17,569 nt of DNA from Octopus sinensis (Eukaryota): positions 1-17,569 of the forward strand of contig NW_021824774.1 in assembly GCF_006345805.1 (NCBI RefSeq), in the 5' to 3' direction. Below, piece by piece: positions 1 to 9,762 of the stretch (position 1 is the first letter of the stretch; every line of letters begins with the position of its first letter). A model generated the notes under the pieces. The model saw only the letters and a list, made by a program, of their open reading frames with translations. It was not told the origin of the DNA and searched no databases. The translations under genes and the position numbers were made by a program.

Positions 1-990
1 GATATTTGTCGGTTTATACCACGTGTTCACCTTGTGTTGCTTTGTCACAAGTTCTTTTTTATCGTATTGCAGTCTTTGTTTCTATATCTAGGGCAGGTAC
101 CACCCTGGTATCATGATGTATAATGTTATCTAACTTCTTTCTAGCTTCCCTGTATACTCGAACCCTATCTTTCTGATTATATCCAGAGAACTGCATGTGG
201 TGCATGAAGTTCTGTTTATGTTTTTTCACTTCATAGGGTTCGCATAGTGGGGACACGTTGTTCATTATCCTAAGTCTGCTATCAGTATGTTAATTTTCAT
301 GTTATGTGACTAAGCTGAGTTCTTGTGAAAAACATATTTTGAAGCTACATGTTTCATGTAATAGGAGTGGAGGAGCTGCATTCTATTGTTTACAGTCTCT
401 GACCAAAGTTCAGTATCAGGTCTATTATTGAGGTGCTTAGTGAGGTAATCTATTGTAACCTTCATACTTTGGTGGATGGAGTTAGTCACTTGCTGGATGC
501 TCTCCCTTACGTTCCTCTCAGTTACTAGATTGGTCTTAACTATGATATTAATGTCATCTACATATCTACTGTAGAGTAGAAGAGTTGTGGACTGTTCTGC
601 TAACATTTGCTTAAGTTTTCTGTCCCACCAGGCCACATCTCCAGCTACACCGACACCGATGACTGCACCTTGAACCTGCATGTATAATATTTTTTATTTA
701 ACTTTACTATGTGGTTCTTCATGGTGATTTTAACACTGGACCCTATTTCATGTGCAATCATTTCTTTCACCTGATTCTTGTTCTCAGGGTTTTGGGCGGG
801 TGCGGCCCAGCCACTCCAGCGCTCAGTGGTGCTTTTTTTACTGCTGAAGTGATGGTGGGTGGCCTTCCCCTCTGTGACCTGGTGGGGCAGAATCTACTGA
901 GGTCATGGTTATCTAAATAGTCACTGCCGTAGCTTAGTCTGAGGAAGAGGCCCAGTTCCCTCGTGTTGACATTATGGAACTCCACCAATA
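1..990 (-). mobile_element. Penelope-like retroelement, degraded reverse transcriptase region (frameshifts and stops; continues off the left edge)
   Basis: Minus-strand frames join as ELGLFLRL..CPTRSQRGRPPTIT, then KEMIAHEIGSSVKITMKNHIVKLNKKYY, then (frameshift) MQVQGAVIGVGVAGDVA (motif B-like), YSRYVDDINII (RT motif C), LLHSYYMKHVASKYVFHKNSA and MQFSGY..KVNTWYK. This order fits PLE RT plus thumb. Confidence 0.8.
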
Positions 991-1010
991 CACTCACACA
1001 CACACACACA

Positions 1011-1443
1011 CTCTTTTATTTGTTTCAGTCATTTGACTGTGGCCATGCTGGAGTACCACCTTTAGTTGAGCAAATCGACCACAGAACTTATTCTTTGTAA
1101 GCCTAGTACTTATCCTATCGGTTTCTCTTGCCGAACCGCTAAGTTACGGGGATGTAAACACACCAGCATCGGTTGTCAAGTGATGTTGGGGTGGGGGGGG
1201 ACAAATACAGACGCGCGCACACACACACAAACACACACACACACACACATTATATAAATTTATGTATAAACATATATACGATGGTCTTCTTTCAGTTTCC
1301 GTCTACCAAATCCACTCACAAGGCTTTGGTCGGCACGAGGCTATAGTAGAAGACACTTGCCCAAGGTGCCATGCAGTGGGACTGAACCCGGAACCATGTG
1401 GTTGGTTGGTAAGCAAGCTACTTACCACACAGCCACTCTTGCG
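1011..1443 (-). mobile_element. tRNA-derived SINE, family A (octopus-type), near full length
   Basis: The reverse complement has a tRNA-like head with A-box-like TGGCTGTGTGG and B-box-like GGTTCAGTCCC, a central (TA)/(TG) microsatellite and an (AAAGAG)-type tail. It matches the other copies in the window. Confidence 0.9.
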
Positions 1444-1450
1444 AATATGT

Positions 1451-1583
1451 AAATATTGGTTTCACCTTTTGGCATAAGGCCATCAATTTGGGGGATTGGG
1501 TAAGTCAATTACACCAACTGGTACTTATTTTATCAACCCTGAACAAATGAAAAGCAAAGTTGACCTCGGCAAAATTTGAACTC
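1451..1583 (-). mobile_element. Fragment of a second SINE family (B-box-like GAGTTCAAAT followed by a Meta/RUDI-like central domain)
   Basis: The minus strand reads GAGTTCAAATTTTGCCGAGGTCAACTTTGCTTTTCATTTGTTCAGGGTTGATAAAATAAGTACCAG, resembling a conserved SINE core known from molluscs. Recognised from memory, not searched. Confidence 0.5.
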
Positions 1584-1585
1584 AC

Positions 1586-1775
1586 AGACACACACACACA
1601 CACACACGCACACGTACACGACGGGCTTCTTTCAGTTTCTGTCTACCAAATCCACTCACAGGGCTTTGGTCGGCCTGAGGCTAAGACACTTGCTTAAGAT
1701 GCCACGCAGTGGGACTGAACCTGGAACCATGTGGTTGGTAAGCAAGTTACTTAGCACACAGCCACTCCCGTGCCT
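1586..1775 (-). mobile_element. SINE family A, 5' half only
   Basis: tRNA-like head and body up to the central microsatellite; the 3' half is absent. Confidence 0.85.
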
Positions 1776-1969
1776 AGTCATGAAACTAGTTTTGTATTGA
1801 CCACAGTAACTAATAAAACAGACTTCATTTATTTTGTCCGCCTTACATCATTTTCGTGCCAAGGAGAAAAGTCCGTTTGTTTTTATTTTAAAAAACAATG
1901 GCCATTCAACACATTGGAGTTTGGCTTTAACTGATCTTCTCCCCCTCTTTGTCTATATATATATATATA

Positions 1970-2495
1970 TGAGAGGAAGTAAAAAATTAATCCACACTTT
2001 CGCCATAACATATCTTTATTATTGTCGCACCGCCTTCTGCACATGCGTGCTTGTAGTTATTACTATTTTTGTCACGCGATCAAAGTTTGGGCTTGATCAC
2101 GCCATTTTTCTTTCTGGCTCTACAATGTAAGCATGGCCACTCCACGAGCAGTGTGCACCAGAGCAGTGATCCGATATCTCGGGAAAAAGGGGCGTACTAT
2201 CAACGGTTTAAGATACAATGCTTTGCTGGCCAATAAATTGAAGCCAACAATTAGCACCAAACGCCGAAGCCTATTTACTCTTTTACTCTTTTACTTGTTT
2301 CAGTCATTTGACTGCGGCCATGCTGGAGCACCGCCTTTAGTCGAGCAAATCGACGCTGGGACTTATTCTTTGTAAGCCCAGTACTTATTCTGTCGGTCAC
2401 TTTTGCCGAACCGCTAAGTGACGGGGACGTAAACACACCAGCATCGGCTGTCAAGCAATGCTAGAGGGACAAACACAGACACACAAACACACACA

Positions 2496-2536
<41 letters not shown>

Positions 2537-3096
2537 TACGACAGGCTTCTTTCAGTTTCCGTCTACCAAATCCACTCACAAGGCATTGGTTGGCCCGGGG
2601 CTATAGCAGAAGACACTTGCCCAAGATGCCATGCAGTGGGACTGAACCCGGAACCATGTGGTTGGTTAGCAAGCTACTTACCACACAACCACTCCTGTGC
2701 CTGTTGAAGAAAGATTTGTTGTTGTATGACAATGCATGCCCACACACAGCCGACCAGACCATTGAAACCATTAACCAATTGGGTTTTTAGGTGCTGGAAC
2801 ACACTGCCTACAGCCCAAATCTCACCCTCTCGACTATCATATCTTTGGACTGCTCAGAGATAGTTTACGAGGTCGTCGATTTCCTACGGATGAAGATATG
2901 AAGGAAGCGATGCATAAATGGTTGCATGACCAACCGAAACTTTCTTCTTAGAGGAAATACGCAAGCCTGTGGATCGCTGGACCAAGTGCATCGAAAAGGA
3001 AGGAGACTATAGAGAAAAATGAAGTACTTGTTTATCCCCGGCTTCTGTGTAAACATTGAAAAAACAAGAATGCGTTTAATTTTTGACTCTTCCCCG
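1970..3096 (+). mobile_element. Mariner (Tc1/mariner, D34D-type) DNA transposon, internally deleted and dead
   Basis: Degenerate TIRs (left TGAGAGGAAGTAAAAAATTAATCCACA; right rc CGGGGAAGAGTCAAAAATTAAACGCA) are flanked by TA at 1968-1969 and 3097-3098. Peptides: RAVIRYLGKKG (HTH start), NKLKPTISTKRR, LYDNACPH (HDNARPH-like), YSPNLTL/SDYHIFG (YSPDLAPSDY-like) and WTKCIEKEGDY. The last two catalytic D residues are 34 apart after correcting one stop and one frameshift. Confidence 0.9.
2273..2702 (-). mobile_element. SINE family A, full length, nested in the mariner transposase
   Basis: Full head, body and tail. Removing it restores the mariner frame KRRS|LLKKD. Confidence 0.92.
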
Positions 3097-3150
3097 TAAT
3101 ATATATATCTTATAATCTTATATCTATATATATACAAGAGAGATTCTGTC

Positions 3151-3335
3151 TGTTTGTCCCACAAAGTGAAACTAAAACCAGACACCATCACTCTATGATT
3201 TTCTTTCCATGTCTCCTCTATTCTCTCTTACCCTCTATATTCATTGTCTGTCCGTCTGTCTCTCTACCATGCTACTTCAAAGAGATTCACTTTCTTTGTT
3301 TGTCCCACAAAGTGAAACTAAAACCAGACACCATC
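3151..3335 (+). repeat. Perfect 39-bp direct repeat (3151-3189 and 3297-3335) with weaker flanking similarity
   Basis: TGTTTGTCCCACAAAGTGAAACTAAAACCAGACACCATC occurs twice, 146 bp apart. Confidence 0.9.
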
Positions 3336-3344
3336 TCTATGATT

Positions 3345-3525
3345 TTTTTCTTCTCTATCTGTCTATTTTCTTTCTTTCTTTTCTCTCTCTCTTTTTCTCC
3401 CCTTCTTTCCCTCTTCGTCTCTTTCTTTCTCTCTTCCTTCTTTCTCTCTTCGTGTCTCTTTTTTCATTCATTCTTTCTTTCTCTCTTTCCCTCACTAAAA
3501 CATCACACACACACACACACACACA
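3345..3525 (+). repeat. CT-rich low-complexity tract followed by (CA)n
   Basis: Direct inspection. Confidence 0.85.
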
Positions 3526-4581
3526 TACGCATCAAACATTACATTTCTCTGTCAAAATACCGAAGCAAGAATAAATGACCCTTGTGCTCAAAACCCTCAC
3601 TCACCATGCATGAAGGAAGGGAAATTCCCCCAAAATATCCAAAGAATTTTTATTTATCACACTCAATTTTCCAACGATGGATATCCCACATACAGAATGA
3701 AACCTGAAGATGGAGGAGAGCGAGCCAATGTTGGAAATCGTGAAGTAGACAATCGATGGATAGTTCCTTGCTGCCCATTTCTGTCAAAGACTTTCATTGC
3801 TCATATCCATGCAGAGTATTGTAATTCCATGAAGAGCATAAATACATAAATAAAGGTAGTGGTGTTGCTTCTTTCACCATTCGAGTCAACACTAACGACG
3901 AAGTTAAACAATACCAATTAGAGAGATATAAAAGCAGTAATGAGGCCTTCTGGCGCACATCTGGATTCCCAATTCAGAAAGGCACCCAGCCATTCAACAA
4001 CTTTCTGTGCATTTAGAAAATGGTCAAAGGGTTTACTTCACTGCTGAGATAGTTACAAAACAAGTTTCAAATCCAAAGGATGCCACTTTAACAGCCTCTT
4101 TCAATCTTTGTTGGGGGGACAATTTTGCAAAAACACTGCTATTTCACGAGGTTCCTTCTTATTACACATGAAGTAATAGTAAATGGAACGCATGCAAAAT
4201 AGGTACAAAGGTTCAAGGTCACTCTGGAATTAAGTTTGGAACCACAATTGGTAGATTATATACTGCACATCCTAACCAAATTGAATGCTTTCATTTCAGA
4301 ATGCTTCTTCATGTAAAAAGAGAACCAATTGCATGGGATAGTTTGAAACAAGTTGATGGTGAGATTTCCAGAACATATCGAAAAGCGTGTTTCAAGTTAG
4401 GTTTTCTTGCAAATGATCAGCAATGGGAAGCAACACTGGAAGAAGCTTCAATATCAAAAACATCTAAGACTTTAAAATGTCTTTTTGCTATTATTCTCAA
4501 AAATTGTGAAGTAAGCAGTCCTGTTCAACTGTGGAATAAATTCAGAAATGATCTTGCTGAAGATCATTTCTAAACTTTGTA

Positions 4582-4744
4582 GGCATAGGAGTGGCTGTGT
4601 GGTAAGTAGCTTGCTTACGAACCACATGGTTCCGGGTTCAGTCCCACTGCGTGGCACCTTGGGCAAGTGTCTTCTAATATAGCCTCGGGTCGACCAAAGC
4701 TTTGTGAGTGGATTTGGTAGATGGAAACTGAAAGAAGCCTGTCG

Positions 4745-4778
<34 letters not shown>

Positions 4779-4982
4779 CATGTGCGTGTGTGTGTGTATG
4801 TATGTGTGTGTATATGTTTCTGTGTCTGTGTTTGTTATCCCCAACATTGCTTGACAACTGATGCTGGCGTGTTTACGTCCCCGTAACTTAGCAGTCCTGG
4901 AGTCGATTTGCTCGACTAAAGTCAGTGCTCCAGCATGGCCACAGTCAAATGACTAAAACAACTAAAAGAGTAAAAGAGTAAG
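4582..4982 (+). mobile_element. SINE family A with an ~60-bp deletion in the 3' half, nested in the Helitron ORF
   Basis: Head GGCATAGGAGTGGCTGTGTGG and tail (AAAAGAGT)n. It reads CTTAGCAGTCCTGGAGTCG where full copies carry extra sequence. Confidence 0.9.
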
Positions 4983-5081
4983 ATGTCAAGCACCAACCTC
5001 AGTTCAATAATCCTGAGCATGATATTGGTTTCACTGATGCTATATACAATGCGGCTTTGATTGAAATAGAAGATCAAATCA

Positions 5082-5357
5082 GCTAACACCCGTGGACATA
5101 TTTACAAAGTAAGAAAACAGCACAGCTCCCATGACTTCAGGAAACATTTTTTCACGCTGAGAGTTGCTGAAGCATGGAACAAACTGCCGGCATCAGTTGT
5201 TTGTTGTCGGAACACTGCATCCTTCAAGACTTCCATGCTTCCTGAGATTCGCCAACACTACACCAATCTTTCTCCCCTCCATACACACACAAGCATGTAT
5301 CTGACTCATACATTGTTTGACAAGTTGTGGTGCACCTGAGCACTGTATACGATAATT

Positions 5358-5409
<52 letters not shown>
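5082..5409 (+). mobile_element. CR1-type LINE, 5'-truncated 3' end with (ATT)n tail and 6-bp TSD
   Basis: Translates TRGHIYKVRKQHSSHDFRKHFFTLRVAEAWNKLPASVV, a typical CR1 ORF2 C-terminus. TSD AAATCA at 5076-5081 and 5410-5415. Excision restores the Helitron frame IEDQIISMGGEP. Confidence 0.88.
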
Positions 5410-5410
<1 letters not shown>

Positions 5411-5617
5411 AATCATTTCGATGGGAGGTGAACCTATAGAAAATTTAGGCCTCTCACTAACTAATAGAAAGGATCATAACACTATCCACTGAAATAACGA
5501 GAGTAATTTCCTATGATAAGGATGAACTGACCATGTACATAAATGATAATCTTCCCAAGCTTCTACCTGATCAACGTTGAGTATAATCCACAGTCATAGA
5601 AAGTATTAACAATAATA

Positions 5618-6030
5618 GGCGCAGGAGTGGCTGTGTGGTAAGTAGCTTACTAATTAACCACATGGTTCCGGGTTCAGTCCCACTGCGTGGCATCTTGGGC
5701 AAGTGTCTTCTGCTATAGCCCCGGGCCGACCAATGCCTTGTGAGTGGATTCGGTAGACGGAAACTGAAAGAAGCCCGTCGTATATATGTATATATATATG
5801 TGTATGTGTGTGTGTTTGTGTGTGTGTGTTTGTCCCCCTAGCATTGCTTGACAACCGATGCTGGTGTGTTTATGTCCCCGTCACTTAGCGGTTCTGCAAA
5901 AGAGACCGATAGAATAAGTATTGGGCTTACAAAGAATAAGTCCCAGGGTCGATTTGCTCGACTAAAGGCGGTGCTCCAGCATGGCCGCAGTCAAATGACT
6001 GAAACAAGTAAAAGAGTAAAAGAGTAAAGA
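5618..6030 (+). mobile_element. SINE family A, near full length, nested just before the Helitron helicase Walker A
   Basis: Head GGCGCAGGAGTGGCTGTGTGG and tail (AAAAGAGT)n. Excision gives SINNNR|GLYFLDT. Confidence 0.92.
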
Positions 6031-6357
6031 GAGGACTTTATTTCTTAGATACTCCAGAAGGACTTGGGAAAACATTTGTAATCAAACTCCTCCTGGCTAA
6101 ATTTTGTCGAGAAAACAAAATAGCTTTAGCTACTGCTTCTTCTGGGATTGCAGCAACATTACTACCCGGAAGTCGGATTGCCCATTCAACATTCAAGTTA
6201 CCTCTAGAGTTATCTAATTTAGTTTGTAATATATCTAAAAATTCTGAAATGGGTGAACTATTACAAACATGTCACTAACTGTCTGGGACGAATGTACCAT
6301 GGCCCACAAAAAAGCTTTAGAAGCTGTGGACAGAACATTATGAGGCTTTAGAAATTG

Positions 6358-6400
6358 ACACAGCACCACACACAACACAACACACACACACACACACACA

Positions 6401-6438
<38 letters not shown>

Positions 6439-6531
6439 CACACACACACACACACAACACACACACAACACACACACACATACAACACACACGCAACACA
6501 CACACACAACACAAACACACACACACACACA
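6358..6531 (+). repeat. Irregular (CA)n/(CAA) microsatellite where Helitron homology ends
   Basis: Direct inspection. Confidence 0.9.
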
Positions 6532-6647
6532 GAGGAATATGCTGAAAAATGACCTTCAAACCGTTTAATTACAACAAACTTTGTGTTTTTAAATAAAAAT
6601 TCTAAGAATGTTTATAGTTATATTCTCTTAACACCCGTATAACACCC

Positions 6648-6784
6648 GTGGCCATGCTGGAGCACTGACTTTAGTCGAGCAAATCGACTCCAGGACTGCT
6701 AAGTTACGGGGACGTAAACACGCCAGCATCGGTTGTCAAGCAATGTTGGGGGTAACAAACACAGACACACAAACATATACACAC

Positions 6785-6848
<64 letters not shown>

Positions 6849-6851
6849 GAC
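6648..6851 (-). mobile_element. Internal SINE-A fragment lacking head and tail; inverted near-copy of 4741-4942
   Basis: It shares the same internal deletion and diagnostic bases as the 4582 copy. I count 3 mismatches over ~150 bp outside the pure microsatellite. Confidence 0.88.
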
Positions 6852-7603
6852 AATCTGTTGAGGAAGCAGTATTTCGTGTTCATCATCTTTATCATTTAAT
6901 GTCACATTCTCTCTTTAGAACCAGGAATTTGTCTGGAAGCAAATATAGTGAGTGAATGTATTCGCCTGTGAGGTATATGTTTCTGGTTGGAACCCCCAGG
7001 TTTTCTCTCCTGAAATCGCCTGGCTAAGAGTTCACCCGGGTAGAGGAACATGACCGGACACCTTGTAACTATGTTATGCTACCAACCAGCATGTTACATT
7101 GGGGTTTTAAGAACTCAAAGGTGCATAAAACAACCTCACAAACATCAAAAACAAGCTGAAAATGACTGTTACTTCACCCTAGTCTTCAGATCTCTGGGTA
7201 CGCCCCCTGGTGCACACATTCCCTAGCCTCTAATCACCGCGAAAGGTTGAAAGAGACTGAAGACTTTTGGAAGAGAATCTCTGGAGAAATGTTCTCCATA
7301 TTGTGACGTCATAGGCACAATATAGGAATCTTCAAATTTCATTGGATGAAATAAATAATTCTTAAAGCGATTTCACAAACACACACACACACATTCACAG
7401 AGAAGCACTCATGCTCACATATACTTATGCACATGTGTGTACGTTGTGTATATTTTTGTGTATATCAATGAATATATATATATATATTGTTGTATTTAGG
7501 AGGGTCATTTTGCCAGTTTAGCCAATAAAAACACATGCACTATATATTGGTGTTACTTTGCTTCAGCTTTGTTTATTTTTTACATTAATCTTAATTCTAT
7601 TTC

Positions 7604-7647
7604 GGCCAGAGTTTTTCGTCAACCTCCTGTGACCGCATCAGTGGTCC
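7604..7647 (-). ncRNA. Second copy of the hammerhead-like motif (left pLTR, element-sense strand)
   Basis: The reverse complement reads GGACCA CTGATGCG GTCA-CAGGAGGT-TGAC GAAA AAC TC TGGCC. Confidence 0.55.
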
Positions 7648-8117
7648 TTTGCTTTCTTCTTTCTTCCTTTGTGTGTCCTCCCTCCTTACTAACTGTCAGC
7701 CATTTTGTATTTCTATTGTATGTGTTTCATTAGCGCATGCATATACCTCTATGTGTGTCTAGGTTTAGTTAGTGTGTGTGTGTGGGGGGGGGGGGAGTGC
7801 CTGTAATATCTGTATCTTCTGTTTATATACGTTCATGTAATTTGTTTTTGTTTTTGCTTTTGTTTATTCTTATTTTGTTCATGTGTCTACACCCACTTAT
7901 TATTATTATTATTATTATTATTATCATCATTATTATCATTATCATTATTATGTATGTATGTATAACAACAATACTAGTAAAAAAAAATTTTTTTTAATTA
8001 AAAAATTTTTTTAAATGTATATATTTATTTACTTCCATTTGTTTATTTATCTGTGTATTTTATTTTATGCTTTTAGTTTTATTTATATTGTAACCAGTTT
8101 ATGGGGATCCTCTTCTG

Positions 8118-8508
8118 TCATATGTTGTGGTGTGTGCTAGTGTTCCATTCCAGTTTCCTATTCAGGCTAGGTTTATCTTCTATTATGTGTGTAGCTTCTG
8201 TAATTTGTCTGATTGTTGTGTCTGTTCTATGTGTGGACAAGATTTTAACTTCTATGTTGTTGATTGATCCCCCGTGTTCCTGCTCGGCGTGTTGGTACAG
8301 AATCGATGAGCTCTTTCCTTCCTTAAGTTCTCTCCAATGTTCATTTACCCGCTCTCCTATGCTTCTTGCCGTTTCCCCTACGTATGTTATTGTCTTGTTA
8401 CTGCATCGTCCCTCTATACATCTTATACTATAGACTACATTTCTGGCTTTACAGTTTGTTTGTAGGCTAAATCTACACACAGTACAGTACCTATCCGTAC
8501 AGAGGGTT
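8118..8508 (-). pseudogene. GIY-YIG endonuclease C-terminal fragment of a PLE ORF
   Basis: CKARNVVYSIRC..TYVGETARSIGERVNEH..LYQHAEQEH..RQITEATHI..PSLNRKLEWN. The supplied ORF's N-terminus (8509-8573) lies in the inverted arm and is spurious. Confidence 0.9.
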
Positions 8509-8626
8509 CTACTAAAAGATATACATAGAGATATATGCATGTGCAAATGAAGACACATACAATAGAAATACAAAATGGCTGACGGTTAGTAAGGAGAGAC
8601 ACACAAATAAGGAAGAAGAAAGCAAA

Positions 8627-8671
8627 GGACCACTGATGCGGTCACAGGAGTGTGACGAAAGAGCTCTGGCC
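8627..8671 (+). ncRNA. Minimal type I hammerhead-ribozyme-like motif with variant core (right pLTR)
   Basis: GGACCA CTGATGCG GTCACA-GGAG-TGTGAC GAAA GAGC TC TGGCC. Stem I is GG(A)CCA/TGGCC, stem II has 6 bp, followed by GAAA and a UC cleavage-type site. Confidence 0.6.
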
Positions 8672-8836
8672 GAAATAAGATTAAGATTAATGTAAAAAAT
8701 AAATAACGCTGAAGCAAATTAACTCCCAATATATAGTGCATGTGTTTTTATTGGCTAAACTGGCAAAATGACCATTCCGAAATACAACAATATCTGTTTC
8801 AACACACGACTTCACATAAAAAATCTTGCACAACAA

Positions 8837-8881
<45 letters not shown>

Positions 8882-8934
8882 TGCGTGCATGTGTGCGGGT
8901 GTGTTTATAGATACGAATGCACATTTATAAATGT

Positions 8935-9350
8935 CCATAGCCTTTGCCTAACGGCTAATGTCGGGTGCGGAAAGAGTACGGCTCTCGTCTGAGTCCATGA
9001 TAAAGATTGTACCACCTTCCTCTTCCACCAAAGAAAAGAAGGCAGTATTTCTCTGCGTAGTATCCATAATGAAAGACGTGGTATGGAAGACGCGAGCGAA
9101 AGGGATTGCGACAAGTCAATTCATCTCTGGACAGGGGCTGTTGAATTACTTCGCTGCCCATCTTTCTAGCAAGATCTGTCTGGAGAGGAGGAGTCTGCCG
9201 CAGAGAGTATTCGGAAAAAGATGGACGGGAGTAGTAAAAAAATTGAGAATGTAAGGAGCCGTGCTTGCACGGTCGGTCCAGGCATAAAAAGATGAAAATA
9301 ATTATCAAAAAGAAATCAACCGGCGGGTTAGTTCACTAACCTGAATAAAT
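8935..9350 (+). mobile_element. Probable Tx1/L1-clade LINE 3' fragment (ORF2 C-terminus, short 3' UTR, AATAAA)
   Basis: RVRLSSESMIKIVPP..AVFLCVVSIMKDVVWKTRAKG..LLNYFAAHLSSKICLERR..FGKRW resembles Tx1-like ORF2 C-termini (recognised from memory). AATAAA at 9344-9349. Confidence 0.55.
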
Positions 9351-9363
9351 AGTAATATAATTA

Positions 9364-9762
9364 TCTTTATATATAAAAGTGAGGTTGTGTGCTGTCTCTC
9401 CTACGATTTAGATTCCTAACTACTCCCACATCTTGCGGTGCAGTTTAACCAAAACCGGGTATCTTATAGTCGTGATTCATATTGAGCCCTTCTGGGTATT
9501 AGTGCGCGTCTACGATGAGTCTACGAATTAAAAAAAAATTTACCATCAATTTTTCCCATTTTTAATGCATTTTTGGCATATATAAAAGGGAAGTAACTCT
9601 CTAAAAATTTATTATTAAATCTCAGAACGTAAAAAGCTACAGTAACCCTCCCCACCCTTTGTGGTTAGCCATATTGAGATGGCTATTATACTTTACATCT
9701 CTAAAAATGCTCATATAGTTATTTCCCTTACAAACCCGAGCAACGCCAGGCGATACTGCTAG
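9364..9762 (+). mobile_element. Non-autonomous Helitron, copy 1
   Basis: 5' TC(TTTATATATAAAA), subterminal GC hairpin CCCGAGCAACGCCAGG, 3' CTAG; inserted between A and T with no TSD. Confidence 0.9.

Larger units (their letters stand above)
3575..6357 (+). pseudogene. Helitron Rep/PIF1-helicase coding remnant in four pieces (about 3575-4581, 4983-5081, 5410-5617, 6031-6357)
   Basis: Peptides: SPCMKEGK..DGYPTYR..EVDNRWIVP..HIHAEYCNSMKSI, KYINKGS, DEVKQYQLERYKSSNEAFWR, VHLENGQRVYFT, LLLHVK, ACFKLGFLANDQQWEATLEEA, LYFLDTPEGLGKTF (degenerate Walker A), ASSGIAATLL..IAHSTFKLPL and WDECTMAHKKALEAVDRTL (Walker B region). There are many stops and frameshifts. Confidence 0.92.
7484..8793 (-). mobile_element. 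5'-truncated Penelope-like element: GIY-YIG end and 3' UTR bracketed by inverted pseudo-LTRs (7484-7772 and 8509-8793)
   Basis: The two ~290-bp arms are reverse complements (roughly 85-90% identical by eye) and enclose a GIY-YIG peptide. Inverted pLTRs are an established PLE insertion structure. The left flank is (TA)n. Confidence 0.85.

Noticed and set aside
1262-2790. Recurring peptides 'MPRSGTEPGTMWLVSKLLTTQPL' and 'CPRCHAVGLNPEPCG'
   Set aside because: They are incidental translations of the SINE-A head, repeated because the SINE is repeated; not a protein family.
3195-3578. 127-aa and 121-aa hydrophobic ORFs
   Set aside because: They are products of CT-rich low-complexity sequence and (CA)n.
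5618-5700. tRNA gene
   Set aside because: This is the tRNA-derived SINE head with A- and B-box-like motifs. There is no convincing cloverleaf, and it continues into the SINE body.
6235-6559. Overlapping ORFs rich in CV/TH/HT repeats (also at 4615-4886, 6699-6905, 8687-8992, 11628-12148)
   Set aside because: These are translations of (CA)n/(TG)n microsatellites and show no coding signal.
7060-7300. Possible second GIY-YIG remnant (CYIGVL ... RERLKETEDFWKR)
   Set aside because: Only a YIG triplet and vague C-terminal similarity, with no upstream V/IY motif, R or H landmarks. A tblastx/HMM search would be needed.
1-8573. Single PLE spanning the RT (1-990) and the GIY-YIG (8118-8508)
   Set aside because: On the minus strand the endonuclease fragment lies upstream of the RT, the reverse of PLE order, and it has its own terminal repeats. 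These are separate insertions.
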